A stretch of DNA of 64,000 bases from Bacteroidia bacterium (GTDB lineage Bacteria; Bacteroidota; Bacteroidia; UBA4408), in assembly GCA_023262495.1 (NCBI GenBank), contig JALRAS010000001.1, positions 4,486-68,485 on the forward strand, given 5' to 3'. The notes beneath the pieces are model-generated. The model was given only the letters and a program-made list of their open reading frames with translations. It did not search any database and was not told the DNA's origin. Positions 50,567 through 60,824 of this stretch are shown one piece after another. Within the stretch, counting starts at the first letter, position 1. Each line of letters starts with the position of its first letter. The translations under genes and the position numbers were made by a program.

Positions 50567-51321
50567 TTAGCCTTGTATAGCTTTCTTAATCCGGCATATT
50601 TTTGATAGGTGGCTTGAGCCGATATTTTACACACCATAAACCCATGAAAGCCATCCAAAAAACCAAGTTTAAAAAAATACATTTGTATGAACTTAAACAA
50701 GGGCGCAAAACAAACTTTTACTATGCTTGCGTGTTCGCCTTTTTCAAATAAATGCATGGCAGAAAGTTTACTGAATTTCTCTGTTTGCTTGATATGCTCG
50801 GCAACGCTATAGTAACTGTAATGCAGACAATCTCCTTGTAGAATATAAGGCATTGTTTGATGCCCGTCAATTGCCTTCAACTCTTCATGAATAAGACCTT
50901 CCCATTGCATTTCATTTCGGTTAAATAAACGCAGCTTCATATCGGGATACCAACCTGCATGTTTAATCCATGTGCCACAATAATAGGTCAATCGCTTGAA
51001 TGAAGCCGTTTTCAGTCCTGATGATTTAAGCTTTAACAAATCATCTTGCAAAGGTTTACTTAAAACCTCATCGGCATCAAGAGATAATATCCAATCGTAT
51101 TGTGCTTTTTTATTGGCTTCATTTTTAGTTGATGAATAGCCTTTCCATTGATCTTGAAATACCTTTGCACCATACTTTTTAGCAATTTCACAGGTAGCAT
51201 CAGTTGAGTACGAATCATACACCACAATATCATCTGCGACAGGAGCAGCAGCCTGTAAACATTTCTCAATGTTTCTTTCTTCGTTTAAAGTAATGATGAC
51301 AATCGATAGCTTATTCATCAA
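50563..51321 (-). CDS. Glycosyltransferase family 2
   Basis: N-terminus LSIVIITLNEERNI and a DxD motif (LSLDADE). It overlaps the GT4 gene by 4 nt. Confidence 0.85.
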   Translation of the reverse strand: MMNKLSIVIITLNEERNIEKCLQAAAPVADDIVVYDSYSTDATCEIAKKYGAKVFQDQWKGYSSTKNEANKKAQYDWILSLDADEVLSKPLQDDLLKLKSSGLKTASFKRLTYYCGTWIKHAGWYPDMKLRLFNRNEMQWEGLIHEELKAIDGHQTMPYILQGDCLHYSYYSVAEHIKQTEKFSKLSAMHLFEKGEHASIVKVCFAPLFKFIQMYFFKLGFLDGFHGFMVCKISAQATYQKYAGLRKLYKAK

Positions 51322-51430
51322 TAGGTAACATGCTAATTAAAAGTTCAAAATTACTAAATTGTGAATAGCCGTATTGAAAAGTTATTTGCAATCATGAGAA
51401 AAAAATACGGTTGTGAAGTAATTTTATGCC

Positions 51431-53140
51431 ATGAAAAATAGCTTAAGAATTTCATTATTGATTATTGCTCTGTGCATTACATCTGCTGTTATCGCTCAAC
51501 CACGTATTGAGAAATACCCTAATGGCAATCTAAAATCAGAAGAGAATTACGATAAAAACGGATTACAACATGGGAAACAAACATATTATTACGAAAACGG
51601 GAAGTTGGCCAAAGATGTTACTTATCGCGAAGGCAAAGAGTTTGGCAAACTAATGCGATACTATGATGATGGAAAAGTAAAAGCTGAAGAAAATTATTTT
51701 GCAGGCCAAAGAGCAGGTAAATCAATCTTCTATTACAAAAATGGGAAACCCGCACTATCGGCATTTTACAAAAAAGATTTGCCTGATAGTGTTTGGCAAG
51801 AATATTATGAAAATGGCAAACCGAAAAGTGAAGGACAATATCTTTTGAATAAAAAAACAGGCATGTGGAAATATTGGTATGAAAACGGAAGTCTACAAAG
51901 TGAAGGTACCTTTAATCAAGATTTACAGACTGGTAGCTTTAAATCATATCATGAAAATGGGAAACCTGCTATGACAGGTTTTTACGAGGCAGGAAAAGAA
52001 ACGGGAAAATGGACCAAATATTATGCTGATGGATCGTTAAAGGAAACCGGAGTTTATAAAGATGGCATTTACCAAGTGTTGACTTTCAACAACCCTCAAG
52101 GGAAAGTGCTTGTGAAGGATGGCAATGGATATTGTACGCACACCTTTCCTGATGGGTCAAAAAAATCTGCAGGAAAATATCTTAACGGATATCAGGACAG
52201 TGTTTGGCAATACTATACCTCAACTGGCATTAACGAGTTTGAAGTAACCTACAAAATAGGCATCAAAAACGGTCCTGCAAAATTCAGGTATCCCGATGGA
52301 AAGATTGAAAAGGAAGGCAACTTATGTGATGGTAAAAAATGTGGAACATGGCGTTTTTACCGAAAAAATGGGAGCATTGAAATGGAGGGCAATTTTGAAA
52401 ATGATTTGCAGCAAGGCGGTTGGACAAACTACTTTGAGAACGGGAAGTCAGAGTCTACCGGATTTTATAAGAACGGTCAAAGCGACAGCACTTGGACATT
52501 TTATTATCCCAAAGGACAATTATGGCGAAAAGGAAACTTTAAAAACGAGCTTAAAACAGGCAAATGGCAGGCTTTCTACGAAACGGGTCAACTCTTTTAT
52601 GAAGGTATTTTTGAAGCAGGCATGGAGGAGGGAGTTTGGGTTTCTTATCATCAGAATGGGAATAAAAAAGATGAAGGCACATACAGCAAAGGTATTATGG
52701 ATAAGCAGTGGCAAGGCTGGCACGATAATGGAACGCTGAAATATAGTGGCAATTACATTGCGGGAAAAAAAGATAAACTTTGGTTATACCAGTTTAGCAG
52801 CGGTAAAAAAGAAAAGGAAATAACCTATTTTAAAGGTGAAGAAGATGGACTTTCGAGAAGTTACTTCAACAACGGTAATTTAAAGGAGGAAGGCACCTTT
52901 AAAAAAGGAAAACGCAATGGAAAATGGATATTCTATTATGAAAAGGGAGGGAAGTTTGAGGAGATTGAATACAAGGAAGGCAAGGCAAATGGCAGCATTA
53001 TGAGCTATTATGATGTTGGCACCATCATGGATAAGGGTAGTTTTAAAGATGGAAAAAAAGATGGGAAATGGGAAAGTTACGACCGTAAAGGGAAAATATA
53101 CAAGGTGCTATTTTATAAGGATGGCGTGTTGCAAAAATGA
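51431..53140 (+). CDS. Secreted protein made of tandem MORN-variant repeats (YwqK-antitoxin-like repeats)
   Basis: A signal peptide, then at least 20 repeats of the form YYENGKL…G.Y..GK..G.W; 569 aa. Confidence 0.7.
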   Translation: MKNSLRISLLIIALCITSAVIAQPRIEKYPNGNLKSEENYDKNGLQHGKQTYYYENGKLAKDVTYREGKEFGKLMRYYDDGKVKAEENYFAGQRAGKSIFYYKNGKPALSAFYKKDLPDSVWQEYYENGKPKSEGQYLLNKKTGMWKYWYENGSLQSEGTFNQDLQTGSFKSYHENGKPAMTGFYEAGKETGKWTKYYADGSLKETGVYKDGIYQVLTFNNPQGKVLVKDGNGYCTHTFPDGSKKSAGKYLNGYQDSVWQYYTSTGINEFEVTYKIGIKNGPAKFRYPDGKIEKEGNLCDGKKCGTWRFYRKNGSIEMEGNFENDLQQGGWTNYFENGKSESTGFYKNGQSDSTWTFYYPKGQLWRKGNFKNELKTGKWQAFYETGQLFYEGIFEAGMEEGVWVSYHQNGNKKDEGTYSKGIMDKQWQGWHDNGTLKYSGNYIAGKKDKLWLYQFSSGKKEKEITYFKGEEDGLSRSYFNNGNLKEEGTFKKGKRNGKWIFYYEKGGKFEEIEYKEGKANGSIMSYYDVGTIMDKGSFKDGKKDGKWESYDRKGKIYKVLFYKDGVLQK

Positions 53141-53165
53141 TTAAGAGATAAACTTTTCTTGCGAG

Positions 53166-54296
53166 TTATAATTTTTTATATAGTTGCATGATTCCATCAA
53201 TCATGGCACTCCATGTAAAATTATTTTTTTCCTGCTTCACATTTTTCACCATTTCTTCTTCTCTGCTCTCCAGATAAAAATCTTTGATATAAGCAGCAAT
53301 TTGTTTAGGATCCTTTTCGGCAACATAACCACATTGTTGATGAGGCACCATTTCGGCCAGGCCGCCAACATTGGTTACCAGCATAGGTCGTTCAAAATGA
53401 TAAGCAATTTGTGTAACACCACTTTGCGTGGCAGTGTGATAAGGTTGAACAATTAAATCGGCAGCACAAAAGTAATACTTGACCAAATCGCTATTGATAT
53501 AGTGCGTGTTTAGAATAATGTTGTTTTCGATTGCCCCCTCTTGGATAAGTTGTAAGTATGGTTCAGGGCTTTCATAAAATTCTCCGGCCACCACAAGCAT
53601 GATGTTCAGCTTTTTCAACTGCACATCTGCCATTGCTTGTAGCAATAAATCGAGTCCTTTATATTGTCGGATAAATCCAAAAAAAAGTATATAATGTTTG
53701 TTGGGACTCAGCTTTAATTTTTGCCTGGCTTCCAGCTTACTAACCTTTTCGCCAAAGGTGTCGTAAATTGGATGAGGAATAAAAGATTTGTAAGGATTAT
53801 CGGTAAATATGTTTAAATCATTGAGCACCGCTTTTGACATGGCAATGAAAGCATGACATGATTTTACAAAGTATCGTGTAAAAAATGCATCACCAAATCG
53901 CTTTTCGTGTGGTATTACATTATCGGTAATGGCAATAATTTTGATATTAGAATTGAATTTTAGGATACGCATCATCGTTCCCAAACACGGCCCCATAAAC
54001 GGGATCCAATATCTTACAATTACCAAATCGGGCTTTTCCTTTTTAATCTTCAAAGCACTTGTTATCCAATTGAATGGATTGACAGAATTGATGATAGTTT
54101 TTATTTGTAAATCTTTAGGTGGGGCTCCCGTATCGAATTGAGAGGTTCCAGGAAAAAGAAAGGAAGGATATTGCAAAGAAAATGAATAAATCTTTGTATC
54201 ATAACCTTTCTTAGAAAACTCTCTGCAAAGCGACTCATTGAAGTTTGCGATGCCGCCACGAAGAGGAAATGCGGGACCTACAATAATAACTTTCAA
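53166..54296 (-). CDS. Glycosyltransferase family 4
   Basis: GT-B fold. The N-terminus MKVIIVGPAFPLRGGIANF is typical of GT4 and PimA-like enzymes. Confidence 0.7.
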   Translation of the reverse strand: MKVIIVGPAFPLRGGIANFNESLCREFSKKGYDTKIYSFSLQYPSFLFPGTSQFDTGAPPKDLQIKTIINSVNPFNWITSALKIKKEKPDLVIVRYWIPFMGPCLGTMMRILKFNSNIKIIAITDNVIPHEKRFGDAFFTRYFVKSCHAFIAMSKAVLNDLNIFTDNPYKSFIPHPIYDTFGEKVSKLEARQKLKLSPNKHYILFFGFIRQYKGLDLLLQAMADVQLKKLNIMLVVAGEFYESPEPYLQLIQEGAIENNIILNTHYINSDLVKYYFCAADLIVQPYHTATQSGVTQIAYHFERPMLVTNVGGLAEMVPHQQCGYVAEKDPKQIAAYIKDFYLESREEEMVKNVKQEKNNFTWSAMIDGIMQLYKKL

Positions 54297-54310
54297 AACT
54301 ATCGGTAATA

Positions 54311-55117
54311 TTACTTGTTAAAGTCTCGTAGTTTAAGCGCAGTAAGCACTTTTTTTGTGTATAACGGAAAATCTCCGTTAATCATCCAAGCGTAATACGA
54401 GGGTTCGTTTTTAAGCACTTCGCTAACTGCTTTGCCCGCATGTTTACCAAAATTAAACACCTCTATACCTTTGTCGTTGTATATAATTCGGCCGGCTAGG
54501 TCAACATTGCGATTGATATTGGTAAAATCATGCAACATTTTAACGTCATTTTGTACCGGTTTTGATTTTACACCATTCTTATCCTCAAACTCGGCATCTT
54601 TGTATTTTTCAAGCTGTGCCATTAGCACCTCGTAAGTGGCACTCACATCGGCCTCAGCAGAGTGGGCGTTGATGATTTCCTTGTTGCAATAAAATTTATA
54701 TGCCGCCTTTAATGTTCGTTGTTCCATTAAATGAAAAATATTCTGCACATCTATTGTTTTTCTATTTTCAATATCAAAATCAATTTCGGCACGTAAAAAC
54801 TCTTCTACTAAAATTGGAATGTCGAACTTGTTTGAATTGTATCCTGCCAAATCACTATTGCCAATAAAATTAGCTATTGTTTTTCCAATTTTTTTAAATG
54901 TTGGCATGTTGGCCACATCATGATCATAAATGCCATGAACCATTGATGATGCAGCAGGGATAGGAATTTCAGGATTAACGCGCTGCTCTAGTTTTTCTTT
55001 TGTTCCATCAGGCATCACTTTGATAATGCAAATTTCAATTATTCTATCAGAAGCCACATTTACACCCGTGGTTTCCAAATCAAAAAAAGCGAGGGGTTTA
55101 GTTAGTTTAAGTTGCAT
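54311..55117 (-). CDS. 3'-5' exonuclease, DnaQ/DEDDh family
   Basis: Exo I motif FFDLETTG and Exo III motif HSAEADV. The start is moved to the internal Met (MQLKLTKP…) because the 325-aa track ORF would overlap the neighbouring gene by 146 bp. Confidence 0.8.
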   Translation of the reverse strand: MQLKLTKPLAFFDLETTGVNVASDRIIEICIIKVMPDGTKEKLEQRVNPEIPIPAASSMVHGIYDHDVANMPTFKKIGKTIANFIGNSDLAGYNSNKFDIPILVEEFLRAEIDFDIENRKTIDVQNIFHLMEQRTLKAAYKFYCNKEIINAHSAEADVSATYEVLMAQLEKYKDAEFEDKNGVKSKPVQNDVKMLHDFTNINRNVDLAGRIIYNDKGIEVFNFGKHAGKAVSEVLKNEPSYYAWMINGDFPLYTKKVLTALKLRDFNK

Positions 55118-55142
55118 TAAAAAGTATTTTCTAGTAAATAAG

Positions 55143-56852
55143 TTATTTAGGCTTTGAGGCAGGAGTTGCTTTCTTTTGATTGGTTCCATCGGATTTTGCC
55201 GGAGTTCCATTTTTATCGGTTGTCTTTCCTTTTGCTGTGTTTTTTCCATCCTTTCCTTTCTCTCCTGATTTGGCAGGAGGTGCAGCAAAGAGAGGTTCTA
55301 ACTCGAAGGTCATTGGAATAATCTCTGTGTATTTTTTTCTGTTATCAACAGTAATTTCCTTCGAGAATTTTTTGTGTCCTGGGCAATTCACCACAATTTC
55401 GTATTTGCCTGCATCGAGTGCGATTGCTACCTTGCCGTTACGATAGGTTTTATATTCACCTTGTTTGTTGTTGGTTGGTAAATAATTCACAATTACTTCT
55501 GCATTAACACCAGCTTTTCCGGTATCTGCACTAGCAATTATTTTTGCAGAAATTACAGAAAGCTTTGGTGGCACATCTTCAAACACCACTCGATACAAAT
55601 CAAAGTCGCCATTGCTATCCTCTCTAACAGCCGATATATAGGCACTTCGACCACTCTCCATGTAGCATACAGTCATATTATTGTCAGGCGTATTAATGGG
55701 ATAACCAATGTTTACAGGCTCTTTATATTTTTGATTTACGCTGTCCCATTCTGCTTTGAACACATCAAAACCACCCATGCTGTTGAAACCTTCAGAAGCA
55801 AACAAGATGGCCTTTCCATCATCAACTATGATTGGAAAATCTTCTCCATGAGGAGTGTTAAGCTCCTCAATATTAACAGGCTTTCCCCATGTTCCATCGG
55901 GTAGTTTTTTTGAAATCCACAAGTCGGATTTACCTTTTCCCTCGGTTCTGAAACTAGCGTATACCAGTGTGTTTCCATCCGGACTGATAGAAGCTGCAGA
56001 CTCAACCTTGCTGGTATTAATTACCTCCCCTAAATCAACACCTAAACCAAAACCGCTTTTCTCATATTGCGAAAGATAAATATCACCGTAGGTATCTTCG
56101 TGGTCAATGTAAACTAACATTTGTTTGCCATCGGCACTTAAGCCCACCACTTCCTCATCGTACTCGGTGTTTAGTTTGGCATTTACACCCTTTGCTTTGG
56201 TCCAAGCAGAATTTTTCCATTCAGAGATATACATCTCCGAGGTATAATAACCATCGGGATCAATTACACCACCTGTATTGCCCGGTCTTCTTGTTGTAAA
56301 CACTATAAATGATTCATTGGTAGGTAAAAAAGGATAATAATCAGCATATTCTGAATTTACACGTTTACCAAGGTTTTCGAATGATACATTGAGCGGCTTC
56401 TTCACCAATTGTTTTGCATTATTACACTGTGCAATGAAAAGGTTTGCTTGCTCGATATCTAATTTCTTTTTAGGATTCAATTCAATGAATTTATTGAATG
56501 CCCCTATGGCCTCATCAAACATCATTGCTTGATGGTATGCTTGCCCCAAATCAAAATAATACTCATTTGATGTTTTTTCTGAACGAAAATACTTTTCGAG
56601 ATAGGTGTATGCTTTGGTTTTTACTACATTGGTTTTGAGCATGCATATGCCAACACGAAGATTATATTCAGGATTGTTTTCATCTTTTTGTATCAATAAC
56701 TGGTAAGCACGCAATGCGGATTTATAGTTTTTTGCAGCGTATTGTTTTGCAGCATTTTCTTTTGGGTCAATATCTTCTTGGGCAGAAAGGTTGTCAATAC
56801 CAAATGTAGAGAAAAAGCATGTAAATAAAATGAGTAGTTTTCTAATCATCAT
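55143..56852 (-). CDS. Secreted TPR plus TolB-like (PD40) beta-propeller plus carboxypeptidase-regulatory-like domain protein
   Basis: A signal peptide, TPR-like helices (aa 30-150), repeated PD40-like blades (…DGKQMLVY…, …DGNTLVYAS…), and a C-terminal low-complexity K/G/T-rich tail. Confidence 0.55.
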   Translation of the reverse strand: MMIRKLLILFTCFFSTFGIDNLSAQEDIDPKENAAKQYAAKNYKSALRAYQLLIQKDENNPEYNLRVGICMLKTNVVKTKAYTYLEKYFRSEKTSNEYYFDLGQAYHQAMMFDEAIGAFNKFIELNPKKKLDIEQANLFIAQCNNAKQLVKKPLNVSFENLGKRVNSEYADYYPFLPTNESFIVFTTRRPGNTGGVIDPDGYYTSEMYISEWKNSAWTKAKGVNAKLNTEYDEEVVGLSADGKQMLVYIDHEDTYGDIYLSQYEKSGFGLGVDLGEVINTSKVESAASISPDGNTLVYASFRTEGKGKSDLWISKKLPDGTWGKPVNIEELNTPHGEDFPIIVDDGKAILFASEGFNSMGGFDVFKAEWDSVNQKYKEPVNIGYPINTPDNNMTVCYMESGRSAYISAVREDSNGDFDLYRVVFEDVPPKLSVISAKIIASADTGKAGVNAEVIVNYLPTNNKQGEYKTYRNGKVAIALDAGKYEIVVNCPGHKKFSKEITVDNRKKYTEIIPMTFELEPLFAAPPAKSGEKGKDGKNTAKGKTTDKNGTPAKSDGTNQKKATPASKPK

Positions 56853-57002
56853 GTAAAAAAATTAATTCGAGTATGTTACAAATATATTGTTTACATTTTA
56901 ATTCCGATTAAATTATTGATTAAATTTCTACCCCTATTTTGAGTACTAAAAAACATTCTCAATTCTTGTTTTTAATCTCCAATTTGACTGGCTCAACTTC
57001 AT

Positions 57003-57143
57003 TTAACCCGAATTAATCAATAGAAGTTACGCATGTAACGCACTAGTGATTTTAGAGGGCAATCCCGCTTAGCAGGTGTAATAATTACAGCTGTTTCATC
57101 GATTCCGCATTTTCTAATGCGGAATTTGGGTTTAATTTTCGAG
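57003..57143 (+). repeat. Intergenic repeat family Z, copy 2
   Basis: See 11064-11236. It has the same 5' module and the same 3' hairpin module (attccgcattttctaatgcggaat at 57102-57125) with a different short core. Confidence 0.8.
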
Positions 57144-57185
57144 TAAAAGTATTTTCAAGATAAATAACATAATTGATTAAAAATT

Positions 57186-58229
57186 TTAATCTGTAAATGT
57201 ATCTTTAAAATTACTGTAGTTGCGCCATTTTTCGAGCACCTTTTGAATGTCCTCGGGTAGGTCTGAATCGAAGAAAAGATGCTCACCAGTTACAGGGTGT
57301 GTGAAACCCAATGATTTGGCATGTAAGGCTTGACGGTTGAGTATTTCAAAACTATTTTCGATAAACTGTTTGTATTTACTGAAGGTGGTGCCTTTGAGTA
57401 TTTTTTTACCCCCATACAGTTCATCGCAAAATAAAGGATGCGCAATATGTTTAAAATGCACCCTGATTTGATGTGTTCTTCCTGTTTCGAGCTTGCATTC
57501 AACCAGTGAAACATAGCCAAAACGCTCAAGCACCTTGTAGTGTGTGACAGCAAATTTTCCCATTTCCTCATTGTCGAATACATCCATTTGTTTTCTATCT
57601 CTGATATTTCTACCTATGTATCCTTCAATCCTTCCGGAATCATCGCTGAAATCACCCCAAACAAGTGCGTTATAACTCCTTTGTGTAGTTCTATCAAAAA
57701 ATTGCTTGGCTAATTTTGCCATAGCCATTTCGTTTTTTGCAATGACCATGATACCGCTTGTATCTTTATCCAACCTATGAACCAATCCGGGCCTTGGGCT
57801 ATTATCATTAAACAAAGGCAGATCTTTAAAATGATACATAAGTGCGTTCACCAATGTTCCGGAATAGTTGCCAAATCCGGGATGCACCACGAGTCCGGGT
57901 TGCTTATTGATAACTATCAAATGTTCATCTTCATACACCACCTTTAAAGGAATATTTTCAGGCATTAATTCACTCTCCCGCGGGGGATGCGCCATCACAA
58001 TACTGATTACATCAAAAGGTTTTACCTTGTAATTTGATTTAACAGGTTTATTATTTACCAGAATATTACCGGCCTCTGCTGCTTGTTGAATTTTTGTGCG
58101 AGTGGCATTTTCAATTCTTGTCATTAGGAATTTATCAATCCTTAGCAGTTGCTGTCCCTTGGTTGTAACAAGTCTGTAATGCTCATATAAATCCTGTTCT
58201 TCAAACTCTATCTCTTCATTCATACTCAT
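57186..58229 (-). CDS. rluD: RluA-family 23S rRNA pseudouridine synthase (RluD-like, with an S4 domain)
   Basis: An N-terminal S4-like domain and the catalytic motif HRLDKDTSG. Confidence 0.9.
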   Translation of the reverse strand: MSMNEEIEFEEQDLYEHYRLVTTKGQQLLRIDKFLMTRIENATRTKIQQAAEAGNILVNNKPVKSNYKVKPFDVISIVMAHPPRESELMPENIPLKVVYEDEHLIVINKQPGLVVHPGFGNYSGTLVNALMYHFKDLPLFNDNSPRPGLVHRLDKDTSGIMVIAKNEMAMAKLAKQFFDRTTQRSYNALVWGDFSDDSGRIEGYIGRNIRDRKQMDVFDNEEMGKFAVTHYKVLERFGYVSLVECKLETGRTHQIRVHFKHIAHPLFCDELYGGKKILKGTTFSKYKQFIENSFEILNRQALHAKSLGFTHPVTGEHLFFDSDLPEDIQKVLEKWRNYSNFKDTFTD

Positions 58230-58836
58230 TCGTTTTCAAATTTTGAAAGGCCGATGATTGACTAACAATCTGCTTGTAAGTATCAAACTCGCCTGCTCTG
58301 ATTTTTATCTTGTATGTAATTTTTTCTTCAAATAGTTTTTCTTCATATTCAATATCAAACTGCTTTAATATTTGATCCACATCAGCTTGAATAGAATAGC
58401 TAAATGTAAGACAAATATTTCTTCTAATGACAAATTGGATTGGTTTCGCTACAGTCAAACATTCCTGAGCAGCTTGCTTGTAGGCTTTTATAAGACCAGA
58501 TGTACCCAACAACGTACCACCAAAAAATCTGATTACAACGATTAATACATCGGTTAAATCAAATAATTCTATTTGATTGAGTATTGGCTTACCTGCAGTG
58601 CCAGCGGGTTCACCATCATCGCTACTTCTGCAGTAAGGATTAAGGGCACCCAATTTATAGGCAAAGCAGAAATGACATGCTCCTTTAAATCTTGAATCCT
58701 TTTTATATGTTGAAAGAATTTGTTTTACTTCCTCGGTTGATTTAATTGGATGTGCAAATGATAAAAATTTACTGCCTTTATCTTTATAAATGGCTTCATA
58801 AATTGTATCAATAGATAGATAATCATCTTTAGCCAT
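58216..58836 (-). CDS. yigZ: YigZ/IMPACT-family protein (UPF0029)
   Basis: …KGSKFLSFAHP… …DDGEPAGTAGKPIL… …VIRFFGGTLLGTSGLIKAY… are the hallmark motifs. Confidence 0.85.
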   Translation of the reverse strand: MAKDDYLSIDTIYEAIYKDKGSKFLSFAHPIKSTEEVKQILSTYKKDSRFKGACHFCFAYKLGALNPYCRSSDDGEPAGTAGKPILNQIELFDLTDVLIVVIRFFGGTLLGTSGLIKAYKQAAQECLTVAKPIQFVIRRNICLTFSYSIQADVDQILKQFDIEYEEKLFEEKITYKIKIRAGEFDTYKQIVSQSSAFQNLKTNEYE

Positions 58837-58838
58837 GA

Positions 58839-59714
58839 CTACATGAATGCAATTAAAACGATGGCTATAACACTTAAGATAATTCCAAACGTATTTAATT
58901 TGTTGAGTGTTTCCTTAAAAACCAATACACTGATTAAAGTTCCTAAAACTACGATTGACATGTTATTTACAGGAAAAAATGTGGAGGAGGTTAATATTCC
59001 TGATTCGAGCGACTTCATCACCAAATACATGGAAAAAAAATTTGGAATACCCAGGAGCAATCCAACCAAAATACTTTTGGGTTTTGCTTGAATTTTTTTG
59101 AGCGCGAGCATTATTAGGAATGACAAGGTTCCCGTAACGGCAGCAAATAAAAAAGCGGTGGATAAGATATATTCATTACTCACGGTGGAAGTATATTTTT
59201 TTTGTAAGAAGCCTATTAGCGTATCAATACTACCACAGCCAAAAAATAGCACAATGGGAAGTAGATAATGCCACTGCTTGATGGGAATGGAAGCATGGTC
59301 AAATGATTTTTTAAAACTAACCATAACTACTGCTGCAATAGCCAAAATGACACCCACCAATTGCATTTTGGTAAGAGAATCGCCATAAACCATTACAGCA
59401 AACATTACTGGTATAACAATTGACATTTTATTGGCAACAGAGGAAACGGATACTCCAAAAACAATAGTTGTAACCGATATGAGATAGAACAAACTAACAA
59501 AAAGTAACCCTAGTATAATTACATGGATAAGCCAAGGTTGATGCGAAATATAGTGCACATCAAATGTTTCATTAGACAATTGAAAACCGAGAAATGAAGC
59601 AACATAATAATTAGCAGCTATGGCCTGAAAACTGTCAATATTAAACTTAGGGAAGAATCGGAATGCTAAAATAATAGCAGTATTTACAAGAATACAAAGT
59701 AAAATATATATCAT
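58839..59714 (-). CDS. Multi-pass membrane protein (DMT-like), hypothetical
   Basis: 291 aa with about 10 TM helices. It is tightly packed between ribD and yigZ. Confidence 0.5.
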   Translation of the reverse strand: MIYILLCILVNTAIILAFRFFPKFNIDSFQAIAANYYVASFLGFQLSNETFDVHYISHQPWLIHVIILGLLFVSLFYLISVTTIVFGVSVSSVANKMSIVIPVMFAVMVYGDSLTKMQLVGVILAIAAVVMVSFKKSFDHASIPIKQWHYLLPIVLFFGCGSIDTLIGFLQKKYTSTVSNEYILSTAFLFAAVTGTLSFLIMLALKKIQAKPKSILVGLLLGIPNFFSMYLVMKSLESGILTSSTFFPVNNMSIVVLGTLISVLVFKETLNKLNTFGIILSVIAIVLIAFM

Positions 59715-59716
59715 CT

Positions 59717-60754
59717 CTAAAAACGGGGTTTTAACACTTGGTAATAATCATTCTGCAACTTCTCATTAAATACTTCAACACTACTATTGATAACAGGTGC
59801 TTTAACTCCCTTGCCCCAACCAGTATTTGAAGTAAATATGTGTGCCTCATCCCATAAATTATTTTCGATAAATAATTTTAGCGTTGCCGGTCCGCCTTCG
59901 ACTAAAAGCGAGTGAATATTTCTTTTGTACAATTCATCTAAAATTTGATTGAGAAAATAATCCTTATTGAGTTTTACATAGCTCACATTATTCGTGCTTT
60001 GCTTGGGATTAAAAGTAAAGTCAATTGTTTGAAAACCGTCATTAAAAATGTTGAGATGCTTAGGTAAGGAATTTTCTTTATCGATAATGATCCTAATTGG
60101 ATTTTGCCCCCGCCAATGACGCACAGTCAATGAAGGATTATCTATCATTGCCGTGTTGTAACCAATTAAAATGGCTTGTTCGGTGCTTCTTAATTTGTGT
60201 ACCAACCTGTCACTATATGAATCGGTTATCTTAGATGACAAGCCGCTATCCGCCAATCTGCCTGCATACCCATCAGATGTTTGCGCCCACTTTAATGTTA
60301 CGAAAGGTCTCTTTTGCTGGTGATAGGTGATAAATCTTTTATTTAATTCCACTGCTTCCTTTTCGAGAACACCTATAATCACATTTACCCCTGCACTTTT
60401 AAGCAATTCTATACCCTTTCCCGACACAAGCGGGTTAGGGTCGAGACAAGCAACAACTACTGTTGCCACTTGGTGTTCAATAAGCAAATTTGCACAAGGA
60501 GGAGTTTTACCAAAATGAGCACAAGGCTCAAGACTAACATAAACAGTAGCCCCTTTGATGAGACCCTTGTTTAAAACTTGATTGACTGCCTCTACCTCTG
60601 CATGCGGACCACCAAAAGCACGATGATAGCCCTCCCCAATGATTATCCCTTGATTTACGATTAAAGCACCAACCATAGGATTTGGAGCAACGCTAGATTG
60701 GCCTTTTGCGGCAAGTTGCAAACAGCGCTGCATGTATTCTTGGTGTTCTATCAT
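59717..60754 (-). CDS. ribD: Bifunctional riboflavin biosynthesis deaminase/reductase RibD
   Basis: CMP/dCMP deaminase zinc motifs HAEVEA and PCAHFGKTPPC, followed by a reductase domain. The start is set at the internal Met (MIEHQEYMQRCLQLA); the 47-codon track extension has no homology. Confidence 0.9.
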   Translation of the reverse strand: MIEHQEYMQRCLQLAAKGQSSVAPNPMVGALIVNQGIIIGEGYHRAFGGPHAEVEAVNQVLNKGLIKGATVYVSLEPCAHFGKTPPCANLLIEHQVATVVVACLDPNPLVSGKGIELLKSAGVNVIIGVLEKEAVELNKRFITYHQQKRPFVTLKWAQTSDGYAGRLADSGLSSKITDSYSDRLVHKLRSTEQAILIGYNTAMIDNPSLTVRHWRGQNPIRIIIDKENSLPKHLNIFNDGFQTIDFTFNPKQSTNNVSYVKLNKDYFLNQILDELYKRNIHSLLVEGGPATLKLFIENNLWDEAHIFTSNTGWGKGVKAPVINSSVEVFNEKLQNDYYQVLKPRF

Positions 60755-60824
60755 GCTGCAAAAGTAAGAAGCCACAGTTAAAATGCTAACTGTGGCTTCA
60801 AATAAATTAACTAGATGTAAGCAA

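Noticed and set aside
55118-55288. 146-bp overlap between ORFs 54311..55288 and 55143..56852
   Set aside because: It is resolved by using the internal Met (MQLKLTKPLAFFDLETTG) as the exonuclease start. The upstream 57 codons are low-complexity and overlap the C-terminal tail of the neighbouring gene.
60755-60824. FMN riboswitch upstream of ribD
   Set aside because: Only 70 bp of intergenic space is available, which is too short for an RFN element, and no conserved RFN core was seen.
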